Shown in pieces: positions 52,117 to 60,792 of a stretch of 64,000 bases of DNA (positions within the stretch are counted from its first letter, which is position 1; the number at the start of each line of letters is the position of its first letter). Below the pieces are notes generated by a model. It had not been told where the DNA came from, did not search any database, and saw nothing but the letters and a program-made list of their open reading frames with translations. A program made the position numbers and the translations under genes. This DNA comes from Candidatus Chazhemtobacterium aquaticus (GTDB lineage: Bacteria > Patescibacteriota > Microgenomatia > UBA1400 > Chazhemtobacteraceae). The DNA lies in the NCBI RefSeq assembly GCF_009936135.1, contig NZ_CP047901.1, positions 280,984 through 344,983 of the forward strand, given 5' to 3'.

Positions 52117-53065
52117 AATCGGCCATCGAAGCATTATCTTCGCGATTCTATTCATACTTTCTCTCAAGTTCTTGGTCGTTATCCAAAGCATATTAATCAC
52201 CCTATTCATTTCTTTCTTACTCTCCACCGCCATCTTCCCCCTAGTTAACGCTCTCCACCGATTCCGCATCCCAAGAGCCCTTTCTACCGCCGTTATCTTG
52301 GTTCTACTAGTTGTCGGTGTTTCCCTAATTTTTGCCTCCATCATGCCATTAGTCATTTCCCAAACTAATGCATTTTTGATTCGTTTTCCAGATCTTCTTG
52401 ACCAGCTCGGCAGCTACAGCATTGATAGCTCTGTTCTCACTTCTCAGATTAGCAATTTATCTGGCAACATTCTTCGTCTTGCCTTTGATACTTTCTCCGT
52501 TGGAGTCATGCTCATGACCATCTTGGTTATTACTTTTTATCTTGTCCAAGAGCGCGCCCACCTAGACGAAAGACTCCGCTACCTATTTGGGGATCGTTCA
52601 GAAAAAGCCAAAAAAATGTATCTTGAAATCGAGACTCAGCTTGGTAAATGGGTTCGCACCATGGCCATACTCATGTTCCTCATTGGCCTTCAAACGTATA
52701 TCGGTCTTGAACTCATTGGCATTGAGTATGCCCTTCCCCTTGCCTTAATAGCTGGTTTGCTTGAGATTATCCCCAATATTGGACCAACCATTGCTGCCAT
52801 ACCCGCTGCTATTGTTGGTTTCGCTACCTCTCCTATTCACGGGTTTCTTACCGTTGGTCTGGCTGCTCTCATCCAGCAACTGGAAAATAATGTTCTTGTA
52901 CCCAATCTAATGAAATCCTCTACCGGACTTCACCCCGTTATAACCATTGTCGCTCTCTTAATTGGCTTTCAACTAGGTGGAGCCCTTCTTGCCGTCCTCA
53001 GTCTTCCCCTAGTTTTAGCTGGGAAAATAGTCCTTCTGCATTTTTACTCCGAAAAAAACTCGTAA
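52088..53065 (+). CDS. AI-2E family membrane transporter
   Basis: Multiple TM segments, IPNIGP, QQLENNVLVP..M...GLHP. Confidence 0.9.
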   Translation: MTDTRNLKIEIGHRSIIFAILFILSLKFLVVIQSILITLFISFLLSTAIFPLVNALHRFRIPRALSTAVILVLLVVGVSLIFASIMPLVISQTNAFLIRFPDLLDQLGSYSIDSSVLTSQISNLSGNILRLAFDTFSVGVMLMTILVITFYLVQERAHLDERLRYLFGDRSEKAKKMYLEIETQLGKWVRTMAILMFLIGLQTYIGLELIGIEYALPLALIAGLLEIIPNIGPTIAAIPAAIVGFATSPIHGFLTVGLAALIQQLENNVLVPNLMKSSTGLHPVITIVALLIGFQLGGALLAVLSLPLVLAGKIVLLHFYSEKNS

Positions 53066-53080
53066 TCCAACATTAAATTT

Positions 53081-53396
53081 AGTTATCCAGTCCCGTAAGC
53101 CGGATTCTGTTTTATGACAGTATCTATCTTCGCTCCCTACCTTAGCACTGGTCGAAGGCTACTCATAACGTGCATTTCGGGGATTGCAGCGGGGCGGGTT
53201 GCCAATCCAATCAGATTGCTCTAATCAGACCCTCCAGGTCAAAAAACCTATCGGCGTTTCACATTAACTCGTCTCTGTGGCCCTGTCGCGCTCTGATAGT
53301 TACCTACCAAAGAACCTGGTTTCCCAGGCCACCCTGCCTTCTGCTGTCCGGACTTTCCTCTCTTTTTAAAAGAGCACTGTCTCAGACTAGATAACC
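53081..53396 (-). ncRNA. rnpB: RNase P RNA (compact, about 316 nt)
   Basis: - strand GAGGAAAGTCCGG and ACAGAATCCGGCTTA; P1 GGTTATCTAGTC/GACTGGATAACT; TGaTATAAT just upstream. Confidence 0.95.
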
Positions 53397-53411
53397 ACTA
53401 ACAATTATATC

Positions 53412-53449
53412 AAAATATATCAACTAAATCTTGTTTGTTGATATATTTT
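53412..53449. repeat. Perfect 13-bp inverted repeat between divergent promoters
   Basis: AAAATATATCAAC-12 nt-GTTGATATATTTT. Confidence 0.7.
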
Positions 53450-53463
53450 TTAGTCCAACTCAA

Positions 53464-53491
53464 TTGACATCCACCCCTCCTGCCCTATAAT
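53464..53491 (+). promoter_or_regulatory. Sigma70 promoter
   Basis: TTGACA-16 nt-TATAAT. Confidence 0.75.
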
Positions 53492-53523
53492 TGAAACTGA
53501 TTAACAAATAAATATCCTATTAA

Positions 53524-54225
53524 ATGAACGCTATTCCAACCGTTAACACTTGGCAAGTCGCCTTATTTGATGCATCATCTAATCTTCTCACCAGCATTGC
53601 TCTTTTTATTCCCAATCTTTTAGGTGCGCTAATCCTCTTCTTTGTGGGAATAGTACTTTCAGGTTGGATTAAATCACTTGCGGTTCGTTTGCTAAGTGGC
53701 CTTAATCTATCCAAATTATTTCAGGGCACAACCTTTAGCAAATTCCTCGAGCAAGCTGATTTAACCACCAAAATTGAACAGGTTGTCGGCGAACTTCTCC
53801 GTCTTTTAGTAGTACTCATCTTCTTCATCGCCTCAATTAACCTCCTTGGTCTTACCACCGTTACCGAAGTTCTCAATCGTATTCTTAATTACCTACCTCA
53901 CGTTTTTGCTGCCACCCTAATCATTGCCATTGGAACCATTATTGCTGGATTAGTTGAAAAAATTGTTAAAGGCTCCCTTGGTACAGTTGATGTCAAAACC
54001 TCCAGACTCTTAGCCAAAATCAGCAGCTATATTGTCATGGTCTTCACCATTTTAGCAGCCATGTCTCAACTAGGTATTGCCGCCACCTTTGTCAACACCC
54101 TCTTCATCGGCTTTGTCGCCATGTTAGCTATCGGACTTGGGTTAAGCCTTGGTCTAGGTTCCAAAGACTTAGTTAAAACCATTCTCGAAGATTGGTATAA
54201 GGACTTCAAAAAACAAGTCAGATAA
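53524..54225 (+). CDS. CmpX/MscS-associated TM-helix-repeat membrane protein
   Basis: Two repeats of F/Y.P....A..I...G, C-terminal GLSLGLGSKD. Confidence 0.75.
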   Translation: MNAIPTVNTWQVALFDASSNLLTSIALFIPNLLGALILFFVGIVLSGWIKSLAVRLLSGLNLSKLFQGTTFSKFLEQADLTTKIEQVVGELLRLLVVLIFFIASINLLGLTTVTEVLNRILNYLPHVFAATLIIAIGTIIAGLVEKIVKGSLGTVDVKTSRLLAKISSYIVMVFTILAAMSQLGIAATFVNTLFIGFVAMLAIGLGLSLGLGSKDLVKTILEDWYKDFKKQVR

Positions 54226-54230
54226 CCTTC

Positions 54231-55001
54231 ATGACTAGTATTCAAGCGCTTTTCCTTGGTATTGTTCAAGGACTCACAGAGTTCCTGCCCGTCAGCTCTT
54301 CAGGCCATCTAGTTTTATTCCAATCATTCTTAGATATCTCCACACCCCCCCTTTTTTTTGATGTTTTAGTTCACGTAGGCACCTTGCTTGCCGTCCTTAT
54401 TTATTTCCGTCATCAATTAATCAGTTTTACCAAAACCCACCTACCCCAACTTATTATCGCCACCGTTCCCGCTATCATTGTTGGCCTGGCTATCTACACT
54501 ACCTCTCTTGAAATATTTACTAATCTCTATTTAACCAGCCTATCCTTCCTGCTAACCTCTGTATTACTTTTTCTTACCACCAGAGTTAAAACGACTACCC
54601 CAGTCAAAACAACCGCCTCGACCTCATCCATCAAAGTCACTCCCATAAAAGCATTATTTATCGGAACCTTTCAAGCTATTGCCATCCTCCCTGGTGTCTC
54701 ACGCTCAGGTTCTACCATCTCTGCCGGGATCTTTTCAGGTCTCTCTAAAAACACAGCCTTCACTTTTTCTTTTATATTAAGCATCCCTGCCATACTTGGC
54801 GCCTTGGTGTTAAACCTTACTGACACCTCAAACTTAGATGTTACCCTAACCCTACCCTCCTTAATCGGTTTCTCTGCTGCCCTCATCTCGGGGTTAATTA
54901 GCCTTTGCCTATTAAACTATGTTCTTAATCGCAAAAATCTCCTCCCCTTTGCCATTTACACCTATCTTCTTGGCTCATTCCTTTTAGGTCTTAGTTTATA
55001 A
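54231..55001 (+). CDS. uppP: Undecaprenyl-diphosphatase (BacA)
   Basis: QGLTEFLPVSSSGHL, H.GT, PGVSRSGSTI. Confidence 0.96.
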   Translation: MTSIQALFLGIVQGLTEFLPVSSSGHLVLFQSFLDISTPPLFFDVLVHVGTLLAVLIYFRHQLISFTKTHLPQLIIATVPAIIVGLAIYTTSLEIFTNLYLTSLSFLLTSVLLFLTTRVKTTTPVKTTASTSSIKVTPIKALFIGTFQAIAILPGVSRSGSTISAGIFSGLSKNTAFTFSFILSIPAILGALVLNLTDTSNLDVTLTLPSLIGFSAALISGLISLCLLNYVLNRKNLLPFAIYTYLLGSFLLGLSL

Positions 55002-55072
55002 ACTCTACTTTTAATCGACTCTTAGATAACCTCAACAAACACTCAACCACTCAGTTTTCTCACCTGAATACC

Positions 55073-55103
55073 ACAAAAACCCCGTCTACAACGGGGCTTT
55101 TGT
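55073..55103. terminator. Bidirectional intrinsic terminator
   Basis: AAAAA-CCCCGT-ctaca-ACGGGG-cTTTT between convergent genes. Confidence 0.75.
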
Positions 55104-55123
55104 TTCTATAAGCAAAAAAATGC

Positions 55124-55282
55124 TTAGAACTCTGACACGTCAGCACCGATCAAAAACATGCCGGTACCACAAACTTCACAAACAGCCTTAACGGCTTTTT
55201 TACCATTTTTCATGGTTACTTGTTCGTGATTTTTTCCATTTCTCTTTTCGCGACACTTAACACAATACATCTGTCTTGCCAT
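55124..55282 (-). CDS. 52-aa basic CxxC...CxxC protein (DUF5679-like)
   Basis: Hand translation MARQMYCVKCREKRNGKNHEQVTMKNGKKAVKAVCEVCGTGMFLIGADVSEF; strong SD AAAGGAGGTGA; terminator downstream. Confidence 0.85.
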   Translation of the reverse strand: MARQMYCVKCREKRNGKNHEQVTMKNGKKAVKAVCEVCGTGMFLIGADVSEF

Positions 55283-55354
55283 TACAATCTCACCTCCTTT
55301 CTCAAAAGCTTCAAGGGCAGGTCACCCCGCCATTCTGCCGGGTTAGCTTAATAA

Positions 55355-55564
55355 CTAAGGCTTAAGGAAGTACCATAAGGCTACCTCCACGCCTACAGCA
55401 AGCATAGTTAGCCACAAACTCTTTGTCAAGTCTGCTCGAAGCCATCGGATCTCTTGTTTATCGCTATCAGCAACATCTTTTAAACTAACCACCTTTTTCT
55501 TTCTACTCACCAACTTTCGACTACTCGCCCTTACCTTATCCCTCCTCGTTCGTCTTTTTTTCAT
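55355..55564 (-). CDS. Small protein with basic N-terminus and C-terminal TM helix
   Basis: TGaTAAAAT 6 nt before ATG; tail LWLTMLAVGVEVALWYFL. Confidence 0.6.
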   Translation of the reverse strand: MKKRRTRRDKVRASSRKLVSRKKKVVSLKDVADSDKQEIRWLRADLTKSLWLTMLAVGVEVALWYFLKP

Positions 55565-55626
55565 GGCTCCATTTTATCATTGCCAATTGACCCCTTATCC
55601 AACCTCAAGTTACAATCACAGCAGTC

Positions 55627-56091
55627 ATGAACCTCGAACCCTTTTATCCCTATATCATTACTCTCGCATTTATCTGGCTTGCTCTCCTATCCTTTTTCAT
55701 TTTCCGCCTAATCTCTCACTATAACTCACTCACTAGTGGCACCAAAAAAACCGATCTTGTCAGCACTCTCAACTCTATTCTTAAGCAACTACATGACAAC
55801 CAAAAAGATATCACGTCCACCAACGCCCGACTAGATCAGGAAATCGAAAACGCCAAAAAACACTTTAAATGTTTCGGCTTCAAACGCTTTAACCCCTTCA
55901 CTGATACTGGAGGAGACCAGAGCTTTGTTCTCACTCTTCTTGATGAAAACCATGACGGATTTGTGATAAGCTCTCTACATGGTCGCGAAAACACCCGAGT
56001 CTATGCTAAACGCATCAGTCTGGGTAAAGCTCCCGATCAGGCTCTATCTAAAGAAGAGCTAGAAGTCATCAATCAAGCTATTAAGAAATGA
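55627..56091 (+). CDS. DUF4446-like membrane-anchored protein
   Basis: TM, coiled coil, RFNPF.DTGGDQSF...LLD....G.VISSLH.R...R.YAK. Confidence 0.8.
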   Translation: MNLEPFYPYIITLAFIWLALLSFFIFRLISHYNSLTSGTKKTDLVSTLNSILKQLHDNQKDITSTNARLDQEIENAKKHFKCFGFKRFNPFTDTGGDQSFVLTLLDENHDGFVISSLHGRENTRVYAKRISLGKAPDQALSKEELEVINQAIKK

Positions 56092-57236
56092 AATCAAAAT
56101 TAATACCACTCTCTTTTTTTGTCTACATTATCGCCACTGGAATATCCTTTGTCGCTTTCCGCTCTCTTCTTCCCGGAGCCGAAGCTCTGATTAACCCTGC
56201 TGCCGTTGTTTACGAAGATGGTAGTCTTGTTATCGACCCAGGAGAACCCAAAACTGAAATCTGCCCCATCAACGGTGACTACTTCACCGTTACCGAGAAA
56301 ACAGCCTGGGAAAAACGACGCCCCCTCTTAGTTATGATAGAAAATCATCAAGAATCTCGTCCTCAGTCAGGTCTTGGTCAAGCAGATTTAGTCTATGAAG
56401 CTGTCGCCGAGGGGGGTATTACTCGTTTCATGGGAGTTTTTTATTGTGACGCCGTCAGTCAAGATAATATTGTAGGCCCCGTTCGCTCCGCCAGAACCTA
56501 TTACCTCGACTGGGCTTCAGAGTACAGCAAAAATCCTCTCTATGCTCATGTTGGCGGAGCCAACACCCCCAACAAAGCCAATGCCTTAGGACAAATTGTC
56601 GATTACGGCTGGGGTGGGGAAAATGACCTTAACCAATTTGCTCTTACCGTCAATGAATGCTGGCGTGATTACTCAAGACTTGGACGCCAGGTTGCTACCG
56701 AGCATACCATGTACTGTTCCACTGAAGCTCTCTGGAAAATCGGTGCAAACCGAGGTTGGGCAGCCAAAGGTGAAGATGGGGAGCTCTGGTCTGATCAATT
56801 TACCCCATGGAAATTTGCCGACCCCAAACCAGTCTCCTCACCCGAAATAGACACCATTGCCTTTGACTTCTGGGATTATCCTCAGTACTCAGTCTCGTGG
56901 AAATACGATCCCGAGTCGAATCAGTATCTCCGTTCCAACGGAGGGTCAGAGCATCTCGACAACAACACTGACACTCAACTCACTGCCAGAGTTGTCATCA
57001 TCCAGTATGTGACCGAAACTGGTCCAATCGACGATCACAAACACATGCTCTACGGTACCATCGGCACCGGCAACGCCTTAGTCTTTCAAAATGGACAGGT
57101 AATTAAAGCTACCTGGTCAAAATCTTCCCGAACCGATCGAACCATCTTTCTTGACCCCTCAAAGAAAGAAATTGAATTCGCTCGCGGCAAAATCTGGATC
57201 GAGGCTCTTCCTAAAGGCAACCAGGTTGACTACTAA
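56088..57236 (+). CDS. DUF3048 (YerB-like) exported protein
   Basis: VMIENH..SRPQSGL..AD.VYE...EGGITR, GPVRSAR. Confidence 0.85.
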   Translation: MKSKLIPLSFFVYIIATGISFVAFRSLLPGAEALINPAAVVYEDGSLVIDPGEPKTEICPINGDYFTVTEKTAWEKRRPLLVMIENHQESRPQSGLGQADLVYEAVAEGGITRFMGVFYCDAVSQDNIVGPVRSARTYYLDWASEYSKNPLYAHVGGANTPNKANALGQIVDYGWGGENDLNQFALTVNECWRDYSRLGRQVATEHTMYCSTEALWKIGANRGWAAKGEDGELWSDQFTPWKFADPKPVSSPEIDTIAFDFWDYPQYSVSWKYDPESNQYLRSNGGSEHLDNNTDTQLTARVVIIQYVTETGPIDDHKHMLYGTIGTGNALVFQNGQVIKATWSKSSRTDRTIFLDPSKKEIEFARGKIWIEALPKGNQVDY

Positions 57237-57367
57237 AGCTAGACCCAATAAGAGCGATACTCTCTTGTCCCACCAATCCTCCTCTTGACGTTTTCCACAT
57301 TCATTAGTTACACTGCACACAATTCCTACTCAAAGGATAATTAGACTTATTAGACCTAAACGTATCT

Positions 57368-57949
57368 ATGGCTAAGCTAACCGACTTCATGGTTTCTCGA
57401 GTTCGAGTTAAGATGATTCAGACCTTTCTAAGTCATCCCGGTGAAATGTTTTATGTTCGTCAGCTCACCAGAGAAACCAAAGAAGAAATCAATGCTGTCC
57501 GTCGTGAACTACAAAGAATGGAAAAATCAGGCATGCTCAAATCTGAGCATCGGGGCAATCGTCTTTACTACTTCTTTAAACCAAGCTATCTCTTTTACCA
57601 GGAATTGCTCTCACTGGTTGCCAAAACTACTGGTTTAGGCAAAGCCATTATTAAAAACCGGCAGAAACTCGGCCAGATCAAATTTGCCATGTTCTCTGGT
57701 AAATATGTTCGCGGCCTACCTCGCTCTAATGACGACGTCGAACTCCTTATAGTCGGCCAAGTCATTCTTCCTCAACTAGCCATTTTAATTCGAGAAAACG
57801 AAGCCAAAACAGGTCAAGAAATCAACTATACCGTCATGACCGAAGACGAACTCAAATTCAGAAAAAACCGACGTGACCCCTTCATTCTCCAGGTACTAAG
57901 CAACTCTAGAGTTATGCTCGTTGGTGACGAGCAGGAACTAGTCTCCTAA
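57368..57949 (+). CDS. Winged-HTH protein fused to a degenerate minimal nucleotidyltransferase-like domain
   Basis: SRVRVK...F....Y.RQL.R......NAV.REL..ME..G.L; C-terminal AMFSG...DDVELLIVG...EINY.V. Confidence 0.65.
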   Translation: MAKLTDFMVSRVRVKMIQTFLSHPGEMFYVRQLTRETKEEINAVRRELQRMEKSGMLKSEHRGNRLYYFFKPSYLFYQELLSLVAKTTGLGKAIIKNRQKLGQIKFAMFSGKYVRGLPRSNDDVELLIVGQVILPQLAILIRENEAKTGQEINYTVMTEDELKFRKNRRDPFILQVLSNSRVMLVGDEQELVS

Positions 57950-58138
57950 ATGAAACAAAAAATTATCAAAGCTGGTAACTCTCTTGCTGTAACCATTCCC
58001 AGCAAATTTGCTAAAGATGTGGGTGTCAAGCTGGGTGACAGTGTCAGCGTTACTACTCGTCCGGATAAAGGACAACTAATTCTTAACTTTTCTGGAATTC
58101 GCCAACTCACTCTTACCTCTTCTCTCACCAAGAGTTAA
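57950..58138 (+). CDS. AbrB/MazE/SpoVT-family DNA-binding protein
   Basis: KIIKAGNSLAVTIP..FAK..G...GD.V. Confidence 0.85.
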   Translation: MKQKIIKAGNSLAVTIPSKFAKDVGVKLGDSVSVTTRPDKGQLILNFSGIRQLTLTSSLTKS

Positions 58139-58148
58139 AATCACTACT

Positions 58149-59531
58149 ATGTCTCGCACCCAGTCCCGCTTCTGGCTTATTCTTCTTCTCACCATCCTTT
58201 CCTTAGTTATCTCTCTTCCCCAAGAAATCAATCTTAATCCTCATCTTTTTGGTCGCAGTTTTAATGTTCATCTTGTTAGGCCAGATCTTAAACTAAGTCT
58301 TGGTTCATATGACTTTTCTCGCTCTCTTGATATCAAACTTGGTCTCGACCTAGCCGGTGGTACCCGAGTTACTCTAGATGCAGACATGTCCTCCATCGCC
58401 CCCGAGAATCAAGCCGACGCTCTTGACTCTGCTAAAGAAATCATCACCCAAAGAGTCGACCTATTTGGTATCTCTGAGCCTAATATTTATTCCCAACAAG
58501 CCGGATCTGCTTATCAAATCATTGTTGAGCTTCCCGGTCTAGACGATCCTCAAGCAGCTCTTGAGCTTATCGGCACCACCGCCCAACTAGAATTCCTAAC
58601 CCCCATTTATGATCAAACTTCCACCGAATCGGCCCAACCAGAGCTTGTTGATTTTCAACCATCTACTCTGACGGGAGCCGATCTTCAAAAAACCACAGTC
58701 GATTTTGATCCCAATACCGGCCAACCTGTTATCAGTCTCCAGTTCTCCCCCTCCGGTACTGAAAAATTTGCCCAGCTCACAAAAGAGTATCTTGGTAAAC
58801 CCCTAGCCATAGCTCTTGATCGTCAACCTCTTACTGCTCCCATTGTTCAGTCAGAAATTACCACTGGTCAGGCCGTCATCTCTGGAGACTTTACTCTTGA
58901 AGGTGCCCAACTGTTAAGCAAACAACTTAACGCTGGAGCTCTACCTGTACCCATCAAAATCACCAGCCAAAACACCATCACTGCCACTCTTGGTGCAGAC
59001 TCAATCAACCAAAGCGTTCGCGCTGGCCTTATCGGACTCTCTGTTGTTGTCCTTTTTATGATTGCTTACTACGGCCAGCTTGGCTTGATCGCCAGCGTCG
59101 GCCTTTTCATCTACGGGCTCGTCACACTCTCTCTTTACAAACTCATTCCCATCACCCTCACTCTCCCTGGAATTGCCGGTTTTATTCTCTCTGTTGGCAT
59201 GGCTGTTGACAGCAACATCCTCATCTTTGAGCGCATGAAAGAAGAAATCCGCGCTGGACGAGCTTGGCCTGTAGCTCTCGAACTTGGTTTCGGTCGTGCC
59301 TGGGACTCCATCAAAGACGCCAACATTGCCACCCTCATCACCGCCTTTATTCTCTTCAACCCTCTAAACTGGTCTTTCCTCCCCACTTCAGGGCCAATTC
59401 GCGGTTTTGCTATCACTCTTGCCCTTGGTATCCTCATCTCTCTATTCACTGGTATTTTTGTCACCAGGACTCTACTTCGTCTCTTCTATCACGGACCTCG
59501 ATCAATTAAACTTTTTTCTTCACAATCATGA
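58149..59531 (+). CDS. secD: Protein translocase subunit SecD
   Basis: LGLDLAGG, IIVELPG, LNAGALPVP, GMAVDSNILIFER.KEE. Confidence 0.97.
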   Translation: MSRTQSRFWLILLLTILSLVISLPQEINLNPHLFGRSFNVHLVRPDLKLSLGSYDFSRSLDIKLGLDLAGGTRVTLDADMSSIAPENQADALDSAKEIITQRVDLFGISEPNIYSQQAGSAYQIIVELPGLDDPQAALELIGTTAQLEFLTPIYDQTSTESAQPELVDFQPSTLTGADLQKTTVDFDPNTGQPVISLQFSPSGTEKFAQLTKEYLGKPLAIALDRQPLTAPIVQSEITTGQAVISGDFTLEGAQLLSKQLNAGALPVPIKITSQNTITATLGADSINQSVRAGLIGLSVVVLFMIAYYGQLGLIASVGLFIYGLVTLSLYKLIPITLTLPGIAGFILSVGMAVDSNILIFERMKEEIRAGRAWPVALELGFGRAWDSIKDANIATLITAFILFNPLNWSFLPTSGPIRGFAITLALGILISLFTGIFVTRTLLRLFYHGPRSIKLFSSQS

Positions 59532-60379
59532 ACTGGCTCAAATATCGTTTTCTGTACTTTTTCATCTCTCTTGCCGTCTTGCTTCCTGGCATATACTCGC
59601 TATGGCGTTTTGGCCTCAATCCTTCGGTTGAGTTTACCGGTGGTTCTCTCCTTGAGATAAGTCTTGAGAGCCCCAGTCCTGATCAGATTAAAGATCTTCT
59701 CTCTCCCACCTACTCTATCCACTCTCTTGACCACGACTCCTCCACTATTACCCTCAAACTTGACCCACTCACTCAGTCTCAAGCAGATCAAATCGTTTCT
59801 GACCTAAAGACGCTTGATTCCCAAGCCAAACTGATTTCTTTCACCTCCGTTGGTCCCAGTGTCGGCGGCCAGCTTCTCACCAAAGCCTTAACCGCCATCC
59901 TCATTGCAGCTCTAGCTACTCTCCTCTATATCGCCTACTCATTTAGAAACCTTACCTTTGGCTTCTTTGCCATAATCGCCATGCTCCACGACACTCTCAT
60001 TCTTCTTGGCTCATACTCACTTCTTGGCCACTTCTTTGGTTTTCAGACTGATCTACTCATAGTTACTGCCATTCTCACCACCCTTTCTTTCTCTGTCCAC
60101 GACACCATCGTCGTCTTTGATCGTATTCGCGAACTTAAGAACAAGACCACCTCCAGCCTCTACGCACTCTCAAACCGAGCCATCACCGAAACCATCACTC
60201 GTTCCCTTAATAACTCACTCACCATTATTTTCATGCTTCTCTCTCTAGCCCTTCTTGGGGGAGACTCAATTAAACACTTCACTATCGCTCTTCTCATCGG
60301 TGCCATCACCGGTACCTACTCATCGACCTTTACCGCTGTACCCTTACTTGTTACTTGGGATACAATAAGACGTAAATGA
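59528..60379 (+). CDS. secF: Protein translocase subunit SecF
   Basis: EFTGG, VGPSVG, HD, DTIVVFDRIRE, GTYSS. Confidence 0.96.
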   Translation: MNWLKYRFLYFFISLAVLLPGIYSLWRFGLNPSVEFTGGSLLEISLESPSPDQIKDLLSPTYSIHSLDHDSSTITLKLDPLTQSQADQIVSDLKTLDSQAKLISFTSVGPSVGGQLLTKALTAILIAALATLLYIAYSFRNLTFGFFAIIAMLHDTLILLGSYSLLGHFFGFQTDLLIVTAILTTLSFSVHDTIVVFDRIRELKNKTTSSLYALSNRAITETITRSLNNSLTIIFMLLSLALLGGDSIKHFTIALLIGAITGTYSSTFTAVPLLVTWDTIRRK

Positions 60380-60792
60380 TCAACTTTAACGCTCTCACTA
60401 AACCACCCTTCTCACCCATTGAAACCAACACCTTTCGTTTCTTTAAACTCTTTCCCGACCTACCCAAGTCCTTAACCAAGCTACTAGCCCGAATCACCCC
60501 TATCCTTGCCCTTATTGGCGGTATTATTAACCTCCTCTCTCTTTTTTCACACCCCTTTCTCATCAACCCCCTTCGTCCTCTCTCTTTAATCATTAGCGGT
60601 ATTCTTCTCCTCGTTGCCTACAAACCCCTCAAACAACGCCAATCTCTTGGCATCACCCTTTTGTTCTGGAGCTCGCTAACCCACGGACTAATCAATTTTG
60701 TCTGGCACCTTTCACCTTCCATTGTCCTAACCACCGCACTTAGTCTTTACTTTCTCTATCAGATCCGCCCCCACTATAACCATCGGCAATAA
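60376..60792 (+). CDS. Hypothetical membrane protein (about 4 TM)
   Basis: Hydrophobic segments; coupled to secF (ATGA overlap). Confidence 0.65.
   Translation: MINFNALTKPPFSPIETNTFRFFKLFPDLPKSLTKLLARITPILALIGGIINLLSLFSHPFLINPLRPLSLIISGILLLVAYKPLKQRQSLGITLLFWSSLTHGLINFVWHLSPSIVLTTALSLYFLYQIRPHYNHRQ

Noticed and set aside
53170-53394. 74-aa ORF on +
   Set aside because: Antisense to RNase P RNA
29703-59464. Long antisense ORFs opposite rplC, rplB, rpsM, secD and others
   Set aside because: Shadow frames of conserved genes; no independent signals
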